A stretch of 64,000 nucleotides of DNA from Octopus vulgaris (GCA_951406725.2 OX597814.1:189968001-190032000); one strand, 5' to 3'; positions 13,790 through 28,068 are shown, counted from the stretch's first letter. Notes: generated by a model from the letters alone, not told the origin. Program-made: numbers and translations.

Positions 13790-15461
13790 AATGTTTTCTT
13801 CAAAGACATTCCGTCATATTTGCTGAGCATATGTACGTCAAATTACTTGTTTTTAAATGTTATAAATATAAACATAAGGTGGCGAGTTGGTAGTCTATGA
13901 AATGCTGGATAGAATGCCTTAGGATACATATTCGGACGCTCTAAGAAAAAATATCGTCAGAGTCACCTTTGCTTTTCAATCTTCCGTACCAGTGAAAACA
14001 AAATATCAATGCAGAATAATTAATGGAAATACTAGAACACTGGGTCACGTGGTAACTCTTCCTTCTGAAAGTAACACTTGTTACGACACTGGTGATAAGG
14101 TCCGTCCGCCTGAAGGTGGTAAACTTTCCCTGTGACAACATTGGTTGTGCAGAGAGACGAGGCTTGCGTACACGGGCAACTATCAGTCTTATTCAGAAAA
14201 TATATCGGCATCCAGGTCAGCGCATATGAGTGCAGATATATGGGAAACCATAACCAATGAAGGCCCTCATAAGTATACACATTACACATAAACGTGTGCT
14301 TCGGAGCTACGTGTTTTTGAGATCATCACTTGTCTCCGGCGGCAAGTGATCTTCAACCATAACCTCGGATCAATCAAAGCCTTGTGAGTGAAACTTGATG
14401 AAAAGAAACAGCGTGGAAGTCTATCGGTCTGTTTGATACTGAACTTTACTCTGGATCCATCCCATACTCAATTTCAAGATTAAATAATATCTGAAGTAAA
14501 TTATTTGAGTTTGTTATTCTGAAAGCATCTTAAAGTGTGGAAAAATAAATGTCTTGCATTATATATTCTGGATTCTTCCATTCTAAGTTCATATGTTACC
14601 GAAATCAACTTTGAGTTCCATCACACCGGAATCGATGAAATAAAGTACAAAATGAAGTACGAGAGTTGGTCGTATTGAAAAATCTATTCTACAATGGAAA
14701 ATTACTGGCTTTGTGTCAAAATCAGAAATTATCATTATGAGTTCACCAAGGCAGCTTTTCCTATTCCAGGGTTATAATACCAGTCGAAATACCAGTCAAG
14801 TAACAAAGCCGACGGCTCCAACTAACCCCTCAACTCAAAACGTATGGCCATGTGCTTAGATTAGAAATAATTATTATGTAAACATATGTATTCTAGTAAA
14901 TTATAATGTAAACGTATTATATAACAACAATAATAATAATAATGATAATAATAATAATATGTACTATTACCATACAATTATAAGTATCCTAATAAATAGA
15001 TAACAGCTGTTATAAACGAATACATTCACTCTACATACATTTGATGCTAAATGAAACATTACTAAAGACAATACAGTCCTGATATTTTATATGTTTGCTG
15101 TTTTATAGGGTCTAATTTCAACCTAGAAAAAAATATGAAGCTAAGATGATAACGAACGATAACATATTGGAAGATTGATAATAATTTATAAACTGCAATG
15201 TTTCCACTAATAGATGATGGTGAAGTCGTGAAGCTAGAAAGTCCATATTCCAGTCAAGTGGTTTGCTCATGATCCGACCCCACAGCACGATACCTAAGGG
15301 AAGTAACTGTTACCTTCGCACAAACTCAACATTGTGAGTAGTACTTGGTGAAGAGAAACTGGCGAACTGGTTTATATGTATTACTTTTTTTTGATTTCCA
15401 ATGTGCATTTTCTATTTTCTTTCTGCAACATATTTCTATTTTATATATATATATATATATA

Positions 15462-15514
15462 TACACACCGGTTGTCAAGTGATGATGGGGTGACAAACAC
15501 AGACACACAAACAT

Positions 15515-15588
<74 letters not shown>

Positions 15589-15740
15589 CGAGCTTCTTTC
15601 AATTTCCGTCTACCAAATCCACTCACAAGGCTTTGGTCGGCCCAAGGCTAAAGTAGAAAGCACTGGCCCAAGGTGCCACTCAGTAGGACTAAACCCACAA
15701 CCATGTGGTTGGTAAGCAAGCTACTCACCACACAGCCACA
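15462..15740 (-). mobile_element. SINE family B, partial
   Basis: Head, central domain and microsatellite present; tail missing. Confidence 0.85.
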
Positions 15741-16167
15741 TATATATGGATCGGTGAGCATGTGAATTTTCAAAGAAAATGAGTATAATATATATAAAAT
15801 TGTGTGCATATTTTATTAGAAACTGCTCCATCATATATCGTACATTACATCTGATGTAGCCGATATTCAATCGTCAAAATATTGCAAATTTTCGAAATAT
15901 CTAAATAAAAATATTCTTAAATACATCAAAATGTGATTATTTATAGAAATTTGAGAGCTGAATTTTTATCTGCTGATACCACTTCAGATTTCATATGCTG
16001 AACACAAAATATGAATCGTGTCAAATGTCAAAGAACATTATATATATAGTTTTTTATGTCTTCAGTATTATATGTATAAAATACAAATAAGTAAGAAAAG
16101 AGTATGTTCTTAATGAACTTTTATTACTGATAAATTAATATATATTTTTGTTAATTATAGTCATTTT

Positions 16168-16261
16168 TCAGTGTGTGGCATTTCCCACGCCTTTCACGAA
16201 TTCTTCTTCATCACTTTCCCCGTCGAGGCAAGCTGTGAGCATTGCTTCCTGATTTGGAAAG
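16168..16261 (-). CDS. Candidate terminal coding exon of an unidentified host gene
   Basis: Acceptor TTTTCTACAG, then C TTT CCA.. = FPNQEAMLTACLDGESDEEEFVKGVGNATH*; AATAAA at 16125-16120; locally higher GC. Confidence 0.45.
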
Positions 16262-16959
16262 CTGTAGAAAATGACATACGTACACAGAAATGCTATGTAC
16301 AATACATAAAAATAAAATTTCATTTTTACTCTTTTATTATATAGCGAATAACAGCAGTAAATTCTTATTAGTTACCCCGATAAGTGGGAAAATCAATATG
16401 GTTGATGTTCATCTAGGAGCCGGATGAGGAAATATTGGCTACTCGTGAACAGCAGAGGTTTCTAATAATGGAAGAATTTGTTTGGATAAAACTGTTTGAC
16501 ACAAAATGGATAGCGAGAGGAGAAAAAGGAGATACTTGTGCCGAGTGCACTTGACTAAGTGGATGTGCAGCTTCTTAACTGAAGGAAATAGAATGTTTGA
16601 ATAGCAATTTATAATGAAAAAAATAACGGTAAGTGTAACGTGTTGTTGAAAGATATTTTATCAATTAACAAAGCTATATTCTCATTTGTTTGTATGTGTT
16701 GTAGCAATATCATCCAAATCACGTGACCAATGGTCTAATGAGGATGCATTGAAGCATTTTATTTCTATAGAATGTTAGAAGCGGTAACCAGGATTGAGGT
16801 GTTTCTGGTTCTGAGAATTAAACTAGTCTTTGAGATACTCCTAGTTTATTTTGTCTCTGTCTTATCTCGTGGTGCGGTATGAACATTTAAGGTGGTTTTC
16901 AGAGTCAGGGTTTTGACTGCTATTTCGGCATGCTAGTGTCTCTCAGATACCCTTATGTA

Positions 16960-17018
<59 letters not shown>

Positions 17019-17066
17019 TTTCTCATTATATTCAACGTTCTTTTTTTCATGTCCTGTACCCATATA

Positions 17067-17120
<54 letters not shown>

Positions 17121-17165
17121 GGTGTGTACATATATGTATGTATATATGCATATATTTATATATTA

Positions 17166-17228
<63 letters not shown>

Positions 17229-17991
17229 TACAATATTGATGTGGGGGATCATCAGAGATTGAGAGAAGTAGCAATTATAGAGAAACAAAAGTAATTTTAC
17301 CGACAAACGTTAACTCGTTTGTAGTCTATGATTTAGAAATTTCAATTGATTAAAATTGCAATTAAAGACGAACATTTTTCGTAGAGGGAAACAGTTATTG
17401 GATTTTAATTTTCTTATGTGGAATTTCCAGAACGTAATTGAATTAACTTTTAGCATGACAGAAGAAAAGTGTTCGATTGTATGACAAATCTTGAATGAAA
17501 CCAAATTCATGTGTGACTTGTCTTAGTATGATAAGTGGGTAATTGGATGAGCTTATATATATATACGTATATTAAAGTATATTTGTTGGTGTGTGTTTGT
17601 GTATTTACATAAAAATATCTACACTTCTCTGTGTGTGTTAGTATAATTCGATTTTGTGTACGTAAATATAAGTTGTGTGAATAAGAATTTCTCTCTCTCT
17701 CTCTCTCCCATCCTTCCTCTCCCTGTATATATATTTATGTATTTATATAAACACATATATATTTATACATGTATATACATATATATACATGTACATAACC
17801 GCATGCACACTATATATCTACATATATATACATATACACGTATGCATCTATCTATATATATATGTATATATGTATGTATATATGTATGTATATATATATG
17901 TATATACACACACACACACATACACACATATATGCATACGCATAAATACATACATATATGCATACGCATATACATACTTATATGCATACAC

Positions 17992-18056
<65 letters not shown>

Positions 18057-18666
18057 AGTGCAGCTGTGTACGCATGTGTGTTTGTGTGTTTGTGCGTGTG
18101 TGTGTGTCTATGCGTGAGCTTTTGAGAAGACATATGTTCAAATGAGTGTGTATGTCTGCGCATATGCTAAATATGCGATTGTGGATGTTTAGATGTGTGG
18201 ATTATACGCGCCTACGTGTGTCTCTGTGTATACATTCACATAAATGTCTATATACCATTCAAGGTGCGATTTGTGTATTCATGTGTGTGTAATGAGTGTA
18301 TGTGTGTGTATGTGCGCCTAAGTATGTGTGGACTTGCTTATATGTACAAGTGAATTGGGGATGATCTAGTGTCAAAGCAAGCAGATGAAGATAGCAACTT
18401 AATCTGTTAATCCGGCTGTGTGTCGGGATCTACCAGTAAACAGAATAACCAGCTTAAAACCTATTTCCAACAAGCTGCGATTTAACTGCTTTCCTCACAC
18501 ACTCGACTTCCTTTATGCTTATCTTATATTGCTTCCTGTAACACCTTACAATCAGGTCTTTTGTTATTATTGGCCTTACTATTGTTATTAAATGTTGTTG
18601 CTGTTCTTCTTCTTCACCTTTTTCTGATTATTATTATTATTATTATTACCGTTATTATAAATATAA

Positions 18667-18872
18667 AGGCGGTGAACTGGCAAGATCGTTAGCACGACGG
18701 GCAAAATGCTTTAGACCATCTTTACGTTCTGAGCTCAAATTCCACCGAGGTCGACTTTGCATTTCATCCTTTCCAGGTCGATAAAATAAATACATGTTGA
18801 GCATTGGGGTCGATGTAATCGACTCATTCCACTATCTCGAATTTTCTGGCCTTATGGCAAATGAAGAAATGA
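18667..18872 (+). mobile_element. SINE family A, diverged
   Basis: Head, B box and central domain recognisable. Confidence 0.75.
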
Positions 18873-18920
<48 letters not shown>

Positions 18921-19370
18921 GCCTACAGCAAATATTCTGCTCAATACCACAGATTTGCTCGTCAGTTGTTTGATCTTAACCAGTTGAGCATATGTGGCTG
19001 ACGATATGTGCATCTTTGATCTCGAGCAGAAGTAGTGGGGGAACGTCATAGCCATGTGTTGAGAGGGTTTCTTTGGGGTTTGAATAATTCACCTCTGGAA
19101 ACATGGGTGTTTCGTCAACATCCTTAAACAACCCTTATTGAGGGACCTTTTGAGCGGGATGGGTTACTCGACCACAAGAATTTCTAACTGGGCTCCACCC
19201 GCAAGGTCAAGTGCTTTTTATCTTGATATGAGATCACCATGTCGCGTACATATGGTTGTGATTCATATGCCTAGTGTACCCATATCAGACGGGTAGTCAT
19301 GATGGGTATACTGGGTTTCTATAGTTTAACCCAGTGTCACATTGATGGCATGCACTGCTTTCTGACTCAA
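18921..19370 (+). mobile_element. Family E retroposon, 5'-truncated, in (TAA)n
   Basis: Same 3' end as 2114-2669; lacks about 100 bp at the other end. Confidence 0.75.
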
Positions 19371-19392
19371 TAATAATAATAATAATAATAAT

Positions 19393-19707
19393 GTCAGAGA
19401 TGATTTTAAAATGCCTTCTAAGCGACGTATCAGTTCCAACAGGTGACGATATATCTTTAAAAGAAACGGAGAAACTCTGAAAATGCAAAGATCTGGAAAA
19501 GGGGGAAATAGAATTAACCTGAATGTGGATCCTAAACACTGAAACAGTCCCCATAATAATAGGGGCATTGAGTTTGATTAAAAAACATACAAATAAATAC
19601 ACAGCCAAGACATCAGTACAAACGTATACATATAACATACAGAAAATAGTACTACTAGGCACTGAAAACAGCCTACATAAAACACTTTCAATAAAGTGAA
19701 CCTCTTC

Positions 19708-19710
<3 letters not shown>
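19393..19710 (+). pseudogene. Degenerate 3' end of a Dong/R4-like LINE between (TAA)n and (TAG)n
   Basis: CLLSDVSVP..ISLKETEKL*KCKDLE..MW..TETVPIIIGAL..IQKIVLLGT..LHKTLSIK*. Confidence 0.8.
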
Positions 19711-19758
<48 letters not shown>

Positions 19759-19854
19759 CGAAAAACGTATATGCAAATAAAAACATACAAAAACGCACGC
19801 ATCATTATGTTCATATTCACATCTCTATACGCACATACACATACATACGCGGAT

Positions 19855-20275
19855 TGTATGACCGATGTCATCATTTATGAAACCACTGTAGACTCTACAA
19901 CCAGTAAGGACATAGTTCCATCAAAGAAATATGTGGGTCTCACAGTGGGAAATTTTAAAGCCAGGTTCAACAATCACACTTAAGCTTCAGACACTGGGAT
20001 AAAAGGAAAACAACCAAGTTATCTAGTTATATATGGTCCTTAAAAAAAAAAGGTGTCAACTATAAGATTCACTGAAAGATCTTGGCCAAGTGTAAGCCTT
20101 ACACCAACGGCTGTGGAAAGAGCGGTCTTTGAGATATGGAAAGTTGGTTTATTTGCAAAAGTTCTTTAGACCCCGCTACATGTCTAAATTTAAGAACTGA
20201 ACTAGTGGGGTCATGTCCATACATGGCAAAATATTTGCTACGTTTTTGGACCCCACCACCAAGATCACGGATAGA
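19855..20275 (+). pseudogene. Degenerate GIY-YIG C-terminus of a second PLE lineage (Nematis-like)
   Basis: IIY..KYVGLTVGNFKARFNNH / SFRH..TKLSSYIWSLK..KILAKCKPY..CLNLRTELVGSCPY. Confidence 0.8.
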
Positions 20276-21287
20276 ACCTGCTTTTTATATTATGTCCAGG
20301 TACAAGCCTTTCATATGTCTTAACATCTCTTATATATTTATATATATTTTATTACATTATATATTTTTTCTGTATCTTATTTTTCACCTTTTATAATTTT
20401 GTAACTATATACGCGTGTAGTATATATCAAATGTGTATGTGCGTGCATATATACATGTGTACGAATGCTTGTATATATACGAGTGCAACACTCTGCCTGT
20501 TGTACGGAGGAGTGTGTTTCCATAATGAGCCAATTTATCTTAATATTGTAATATTAGAATCATTTAGACACAGATATTTATTTAATTAGATTCAGAAAAT
20601 AAAATATGTATATGTACTGAGAATATTATTGTTAAAAGTACTTTCAGTAAAGAACTATATATATTTTTATTTCGCTATTATTGAGGGAGAGATATATGAT
20701 AAATTAATAAATGCTATACAAAAGTACATACTGTAGTTAAAGATATTTGTGACATCTTTTGCATAAGATGGTTTTTTTTAATTCTTTGTGTTGGAAACGA
20801 TTTTTTTTATTCATACTGGTCATAGCAAACCTACAGTTTTTGAAGAAACTGTAGCCTACATAATGACTATTTGTTTTCAAGTTGTTATAATAAGTATGAT
20901 CAATAGGGAAATGCTTACATGGCTTACGAAAATGCTATTTAGAAACAAAAATTCACCCATTCACCACATGCTAATGAATATTACTGACGTTCTGCATTTA
21001 GTGTCTTCTATTTTTAAATCAACTACCTCTTACTGCGTTGTATTTATGAGCTGTGCAGTGTGTATATTTCCACACAGCCACCCTACATGAATTGCACACA
21101 CAATCAAACCAGTGAAAGTCAGGGTTGTGGGAAAAACATTTTCTGATGTCTATACTATAATTTACACAGCGAAATTTACACTAGGTTCTCTCCTTCGTAA
21201 ACAGGAACGTTCTCTAGTCCAAAGGAGTTCTACAAGCCAATAGTTACATTCTTTATGTATGTTTCGAGAATCACTGTTTCACAGATG

Positions 21288-21322
<35 letters not shown>

Positions 21323-21349
21323 CACAAATATGTATATATATATATATAT

Positions 21350-21710
21350 GTCTGTGACGTCCTGTTTTTGTTAATATTATTATCATTATTGTTTTTACGT
21401 ATTTTTGTATTCTTATTCGTGTTATCATTATTGTTTTTACGTATTTTTGTATTCTTAGTCGTGTTACATCGTCCGTTTTACGGCCTTGTTTTGTGTGCAT
21501 TCGGGGCTTTCTTCCAAGGAATCTGGTGCGCTTGGCTTGGATTTTCCTTTGAGGCTGGCCGGGTCGGAGCAATCTCAAGATTAATCAGCCGAAATTGCGA
21601 GGATGATCCGGTTCTTGACTGAAGATTGAAGACTTCGAATGTCCCGTCCGTGTTTTTTGTGTCGTCTTCTAGGTGTTTTGCGTTCTTGTCCCAGTTTGTA
21701 TTTTTTTACA
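21350..21710 (+). mobile_element. (TA)n-flanked interspersed repeat, probably a PLE 3'UTR
   Basis: Homologous to about 52125-52255 (ctttcttccaaggaatct..gagcaatctcaag..aatcagccga). Confidence 0.55.
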
Positions 21711-21732
21711 TATACATGTATATATATATACA

Positions 21733-21804
<72 letters not shown>

Positions 21805-22394
21805 CATAAGTGTGTGAGAATGTGCCTTTGCGTATGTGTATTTATGTACAATTATACATAAATGCAAACCTATATGTATATTGTTTACAGAATAGCAGGG
21901 ACACCACAATCACCACCATCTTCCACCAACATCAACAGCATTCACGACAACACAAAGCATACAATCAATATACAAGTCAGCCTCTCAATGTCATAAACTG
22001 TGTCGTCAATAACAAGTGTATTAGCTGCATGTATTACCTATACAGACGCCGTTATTGATACGATAAAGATGAGTGGTTAAAGCTAACATCTTGTATGAAC
22101 TATATATACATATATACATATGTACATAATTTGTTGCAGCTGTTTTCATATTTCATTTCTGTTGATTTGTTTAATTCTTCAATAAATGTGCTGATACGTT
22201 ATAATTATGGTTAGTGGCATAATTTGTAACCCTCTTTATCAACACCCGAACCAATAAAAATGTCTGAACATAGTCGCTCGGTCTACTAAAATTAGCTGTC
22301 TAACCTCTACGAATTTTGTTAATAAGCCATTTTGTTAATAATACGGCGGTGCATCAGCATGGCCACAGCTCTGAGCTGAAACTAGAGAGAAAAA

Positions 22395-22623
22395 AAGCCA
22401 TTTAAGAAACACACAAAATTCGTTAGATTCACTTCAACATTTAAATTTAATTTGTCAAAATATTTTCGTCGCTTTGAGATCGCGACCGAATTTAAATACT
22501 GAAGTGAATCTAACGGATTTTGTGTGTTTCTTAAATGGCTTATAAACACCTTCCACGCTGCAATTGTTTTCGTTCCAGCACACGATCTCAGATCAGGTCA
22601 TTCGTTTCGCAAGTACATCTCCG
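22395..22623. mobile_element. Fold-back PLE terminal relic with the 3' half of a hammerhead
   Basis: Inverted arms 22395-22436 and 22500-22541; minus strand 22487-22454 reads GUCGC..GCGAC GAAA AUAU UU UGAC; same family as 51565-51759. Confidence 0.65.
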
Positions 22624-24829
22624 TAACTCTAAGAATTTGCTTTCTTTAAAATGAATTTGTGAAGAAAAATTAGATACGGTAAGTCTGAGATGAGCTATTT
22701 TAAAAATACAAGATAAACATAGCTAGAATGCCTCTTTCTTGTGTCTACTCATGGAAGACTAAACAAAGGCTACGAAGTTACAAAAACACCTAAAATTTGC
22801 AGCTGTTATAACATGTAGGAACAATATTCTTCCGTTGACACTTGGGATATTTCATACTTATCACTTCATCATATAATATCACATTGTGCTATAATCATGG
22901 TTTCATTTAAAAGATAGGTTAATATTAATCTCATTGCGTTTATGATATTTTATAAATTCAACAAATTTACACGCCATTTTAATATATTAGGTTTTGCGGC
23001 ACAAAGCAATATGTCGGATTTAGGTTTGTTACAGTTAATCAATTCCTTTCCCGCTACTGATTTTAGTCAGTTTCCATCCAACTTTATCGCCTACTATTCC
23101 TGTAAGGGTCGCAGTGGGAAGAGTCCTCAGGCGCCTTGATCTCAGAGCTGTCCCTATCGAACCAATTCACAATATCAAAATAAGAAGTATTTAATGGTCC
23201 TGTGCTAGGTTTAAATATTAACCATAAGTCATCTAGTATGCTTTAGCTCCTATTTTGTCGCGAGGATAAACTATATTGAAAGAAAAGCAGGAAAGCTAAT
23301 ATCATTTTGAAATTATTAGGGTAACAACTTCTCGAAAAAATGTGAGAATGTGGTTTACTATACCATTAAGAATAAAGCTTCGCCTACTACAGAAGTCCAG
23401 TAGTCGTTCAAAATTTCTTTCCTTTTACAAGCTGCTTGTTGATACTATTCAAATCAAGCTGATACTATCTACACTTGCCAGCCGGTTGCTCTACCTTTAT
23501 AGATAAGGAACCGTTACTGATTTTGATCTTACTTCTCTAGGCATTAATTTTTGATAATTTAAAGTCAATATTGAGGTTTGTATTTCAGTTAATATTTAGT
23601 ATTCTGATTTTTTACGTATACATCGATATTGAGATATTTATTTTCTGGTTGGAAAAGAGTGCTGGTATTCGTGCCTTCCCTGGGGCATTAATAATGTAAG
23701 AGAAGTTATTAAAATAGGTGTTTACAACGTACTCCCAATAAGACAAGACAACATTATTCTAGCTTAAATAGATTTAAAATACACTTCTTTAATTAAATAT
23801 AATCCTCATAAAAAACGCACCAACTCAATGAAAAAAAATGGTTATTGGTAATTTTAAACAAAATGCCACTTAAGACTTTCGCGAGTTTAGTTATAAACTC
23901 ATTAAAATATCGTGTATCAATAACTTTCTTCAGTTCTGTACCCTCCATTTTTTGTCCTTTGTGAAGTAAAGTTTTCTCCCTCTTAGCTTTTGAGCGATTT
24001 CAGTTTTCAAACTTTTAAATTAAAGTATTTCTGAAGCTATAATTGAACAATTATCGATCGCTTTTAATCATTTATTTCATTCTATATTCCCCCAGTAAAA
24101 TAGGTCGAGGGAAGTTTTGTGGAAAAATTATATTAAAACGAAATTAAATCAGAACAATTCATAATTTAGCCATTAAAGAAGATCTAAAGACGCTTTACGC
24201 TGACTAGTTTGCAGAAGTACTGCTTCTGAAAAAATATATACAATGAATTAATAACTAGAGAAACGGGAGAATTTGGTGAACAGAAAGAATTTAAGGGTAA
24301 GATTGGTCTTTAAAAGAAGACGACGGTGTCTGTGTGTATGTGTGCCTCTGAAGCTTCCAGGGAAATTTAATAAAATTGATAAGTTCAAGTCAGATGAGGA
24401 GAAGATGACTTTTCCTTAAATATATTAAAAATGGAAATACTACCTGCCATGAGGATATATTTTTCAGAAATATATTTCTTTTTAAAAAAAGGAAATGGGA
24501 AAAGCAAATAGTGTAAAAAGAAATATTAAGGCAGAAGGGAGTGTAGATAGCTACATGATAAAAAAAAAAGATACACATATATGCACATTGCCAGAGCAAA
24601 AGCAGGTAACGACACAAGGCTTCACAACATAAAAAGGCCATATAAATTAACAAAATTGAAAGCAGAAGAATGGAATAATATAATGATATAAACTAAGAGA
24701 ATACAAATCCCATTTTTATTCGTTGTCGAAAATGGGTTTCTTCAGATTCTTAAGAAGAATAGTTTTGCAAGTAATGTCAATGCGATGGGGTTTCGGTCCC
24801 CAGTCATAGCTACGGTATCAAACTCATGA

Positions 24830-25382
24830 AAGTCGGTGAGCTGTCAGAAACGTTAGCACGCCGGGCGAAATTCGTAGCCGTATTTCGTCTGCCGCTACGT
24901 TCTGAGTTCAAATTCCGCCGAGGTCGACTTTGTCTTTCATCCTTTCGGGGTCGATAAATTAAGAACCAGGTACGCACTGGGGTCGATGTAATCGACTTAA
25001 TCCGTTTGTCTGTCCTTGTTCGTCCCCTCTGTGTTTAGCCCCTTGTGGGTAGTAAAGAAATAGGTATTTCGTCTGCCGCTACGTTCTGGGTTCAAATTCC
25101 GCCGAGGTCCACTTTGCCTTTCATCCTTCGGGGTCGATTAAATAAGTACCAGTTACGCACTGGGTCGATGTAATCGACTTAATCCGTTTGTCTGTCCTCT
25201 CTGTGTTTAGCCCCTTGTGGGTAGTAAACAAATAGGTATTTCGTCTGCCGCTACGTTCTGAGTTCAAATTCCGCCGAGGTCGACTTTGCCTTTCGTCCTT
25301 TCGGGGTCGATAAATTAAGCACCAGTTACGCACTGGGGACGATGTAATCGACTTAATCCGTTTTTCTATCCTTGTTTGTCCC
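24830..25382 (+). mobile_element. SINE family A trimer (last unit 3'-truncated)
   Basis: Junction AAATAG|GTATTTCGTCTG at about 25063 and 25236. Confidence 0.9.
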
Positions 25383-25696
25383 ATGAGTTTAATACGATTG
25401 CAAATAGAAACAATTTCATTTATTATCTGTTGTGATTTTGAATTTCTTAACAAGAATTTGGCGTAAGTGAGATGTTAACTAAAGCAGTATTTTTCATTAT
25501 TGGAATTAATTATTCCTCTTCAGCAGATCATCTTTCATATAAATATAACCCAAGACGTTTATGGTCTGTTCGGGATAAATGGATGAAATATTGATACTTT
25601 TAAATATTTTCTTTATCTATTTCGCACGAAAAAAGGCGTTGGAATGCGGAGAATGGTAGTGACAGGATAATTGAGTAACAACATTTGGTACATTTA

Positions 25697-26116
25697 CTCT
25701 CTTTTTTTCTCTTTCCTCTTTTACTTGTTTCTGTCATTTGACTATGGTCATGCTGAAGCATCGCCTTTAGTCGAGCATATCGACCCCAAGACTTATTCTT
25801 TATAAGCCTAGTATTTATTCTCTCAGTCCCTTTTTGCCGAACCGCTATGTTACAGGAACGTAAACACACCAGCATTGGTTGTCAAGCGATATTGGGGGGA
25901 CAAATACAAACACACAAACATACACACACACACATACATATACACATATATACGACGGGCTTCTTTCAGTTTCCGTCTACCAAATCCACTCACAAGACTT
26001 TGGTCGGCCCGAGGCTATAGTAGAAGACACTTGCCCAAGGTGCCACGCAGTGGGACTGAACCCGGAACCATGTGGTTGATAAGGAAGCCACTTACCACAC
26101 AGCTACTCCTACGCCT
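25697..26116 (-). mobile_element. SINE family B
   Basis: Full-length homologue. Confidence 0.9.
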
Positions 26117-26328
26117 GTTTAATGTCGTCCCATAGGATCCTGAGTTGAAATCTTGTCGGTCACACCTCAAACACGCGCAAGATCTATCAGATCGACTATA
26201 CTGTTTACCAATTTGAGATAATGTACCAAACAGAAAAGGCAATTTTTTCAGAAAAGAAGAAAATCAGAAGGTAAAATTAAGGTTCAAGTACCGGACTAAA
26301 TAATCTTACAGTATTACATTTCATCTAC

Positions 26329-26507
26329 CTACAATCTAAATTTTTTATTCTGTAGTCACTGATTTGTAGTCTTCTGCGACCTCTCGTTGCGTGGAATAAA
26401 AGCAAAGTGGCTGAGGATTTTGATTTCGATCCTTTGAATAAATGTAGATTTTTCACTTTGTATTTTTGAGGAAGCCACTTTATTGTACACGGCCACCGTC
26501 CGCCTAG
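26329..26507 (-). CDS. Candidate internal exon, phase-compatible with 16168-16261
   Basis: TTGTTCTAAAG acceptor, 59 open codons (LGGRWPCTIKW..KNLDC), AG|GTAGAT donor; an alternative frame is also largely open. Confidence 0.25.
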
Positions 26508-26660
26508 CTTTAGAACAATACACATCAAATTACATTAACTGACATCTATGCCAAAGAGAAGTAGGGTTGAGCCTTGAGCTTCATACTTTACATTTGGTTG
26601 TATCTATTTTGTTCTTCTGCCACCCCTTCGTTTACAATTTCTTAATATGTATTACAGTCG

Positions 26661-26880
26661 GGGCGGCAAGCTGGCAGAATCGTTAGCGCGCCTAGCAAAA
26701 TGCTTAGCGGCATTTCATCCATCTTTACGTTCTGAGTTCAAATTCCACTATGATCGACTTTGCCTTTCATCCTTTCGCAGTTTGTAAAATAAGTACCAGT
26801 TGAATACTGGGGTCAATGTGATTGGCTTACTCCCTTTACCGAACTTACTGGCCTTTTTGCCAAAATGTGAAACTAACATT
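26661..26880 (+). mobile_element. SINE family A, diverged
   Basis: GGCGGCAAGCTGGCAGAATCGTTAG head, B box, central domain. Confidence 0.8.
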
Positions 26881-28001
26881 TATTACAGTAAAACTAAATT
26901 CGTTTCAGGAATCTATCCGATGTTGTTAGTCTCAAAGCACAAATTCAATCGGGTCGACTGTGCCTTCTATCCAAGGTAGATTGAGGATAAATAAAATATG
27001 TAAGCAGCAGGAGCACTATGAATATGACAAGTGTATTATATTTTTTTTTACTTGCTATTTCTAAACATTAAGTCCTACAATCAATGAATGCAGCCTGAAG
27101 GCGCACGTTTTTGCAGTAAGAAGTTGATAATCCACCGTTTTTCTTTAAATCGGTTTACCAAAAAGAATCAAGCAATTGACTCTCTCACATCCATGAAATA
27201 AATATTGATTGACGCCAAATTATAAGGAAATCATCCATTTTTTAAATCTAAAGTTTGTTTGGAGTGGAGCTTCATCTGGTGAACGTCATATAGGTAAATG
27301 CAATCATTTAACAAAACAGTACAACATCTTTCGATTTGTTTGTTTGCTTTTTTTCAACAAGATTTTATTGGAAATGTCAATCATTGAGTTCTTTTGGCTT
27401 TCCAGCTGAAATTTTTTTTCTGAAGGTATATATCCTCAAAACAGTAAACTGACAAGTATTTTATATTTTATTTTTACAATCAAAATTCATTTTTAACATG
27501 ATTTGATTAATACTTGCTTTGATAAAATTTAGTATAAATGTTGACTTTTAACATGATTTTTTTTTATATAAATAGCTTTAATAAATGAAGTTTAAAAACA
27601 TGTGTGTGTATATAGGACGTGTTCAAATTTAATAAGAATTTCATTTTTACAAGAATTTATGTAAATGGGAGTTATTTGTCACTGCATAAATCCGTTTAGA
27701 ATTTGTGGGATGCCAATTAAGTAACAATTATTTCTTGTTTTAAATGTCTACAAGTGAAAATCAGAAGTTGTGATGTACATGCATCTTTCCGCAGATTAAC
27801 GGTCCAGTAACTCCGAATATTAACCTCTTGTAATCTCTTTGATGATGTTATTGTAGTTGTTGATTTAGAATTTACAGCATATATAAAGATGGACGAAATG
27901 CTGCTTAGCATTTTGCCCGGCATGCTAACAATTCTGTCAGTTCACCGCTTTAGTGATCCCATAAACATTGTAAATAGAAAACCTCAAATTAAAGAGCCCA
28001 T

Positions 28002-28066
<65 letters not shown>

Positions 28067-28068
<2 letters not shown>

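Noticed and set aside
16908-16952. Hammerhead-like string on the minus strand (CTGAGAGA..GAAATAGCAGTC)
   Set aside because: Core spacing is wrong, stems are mismatched, and GAAATAGCAGTCAA also occurs at about 373-386 without ribozyme context.
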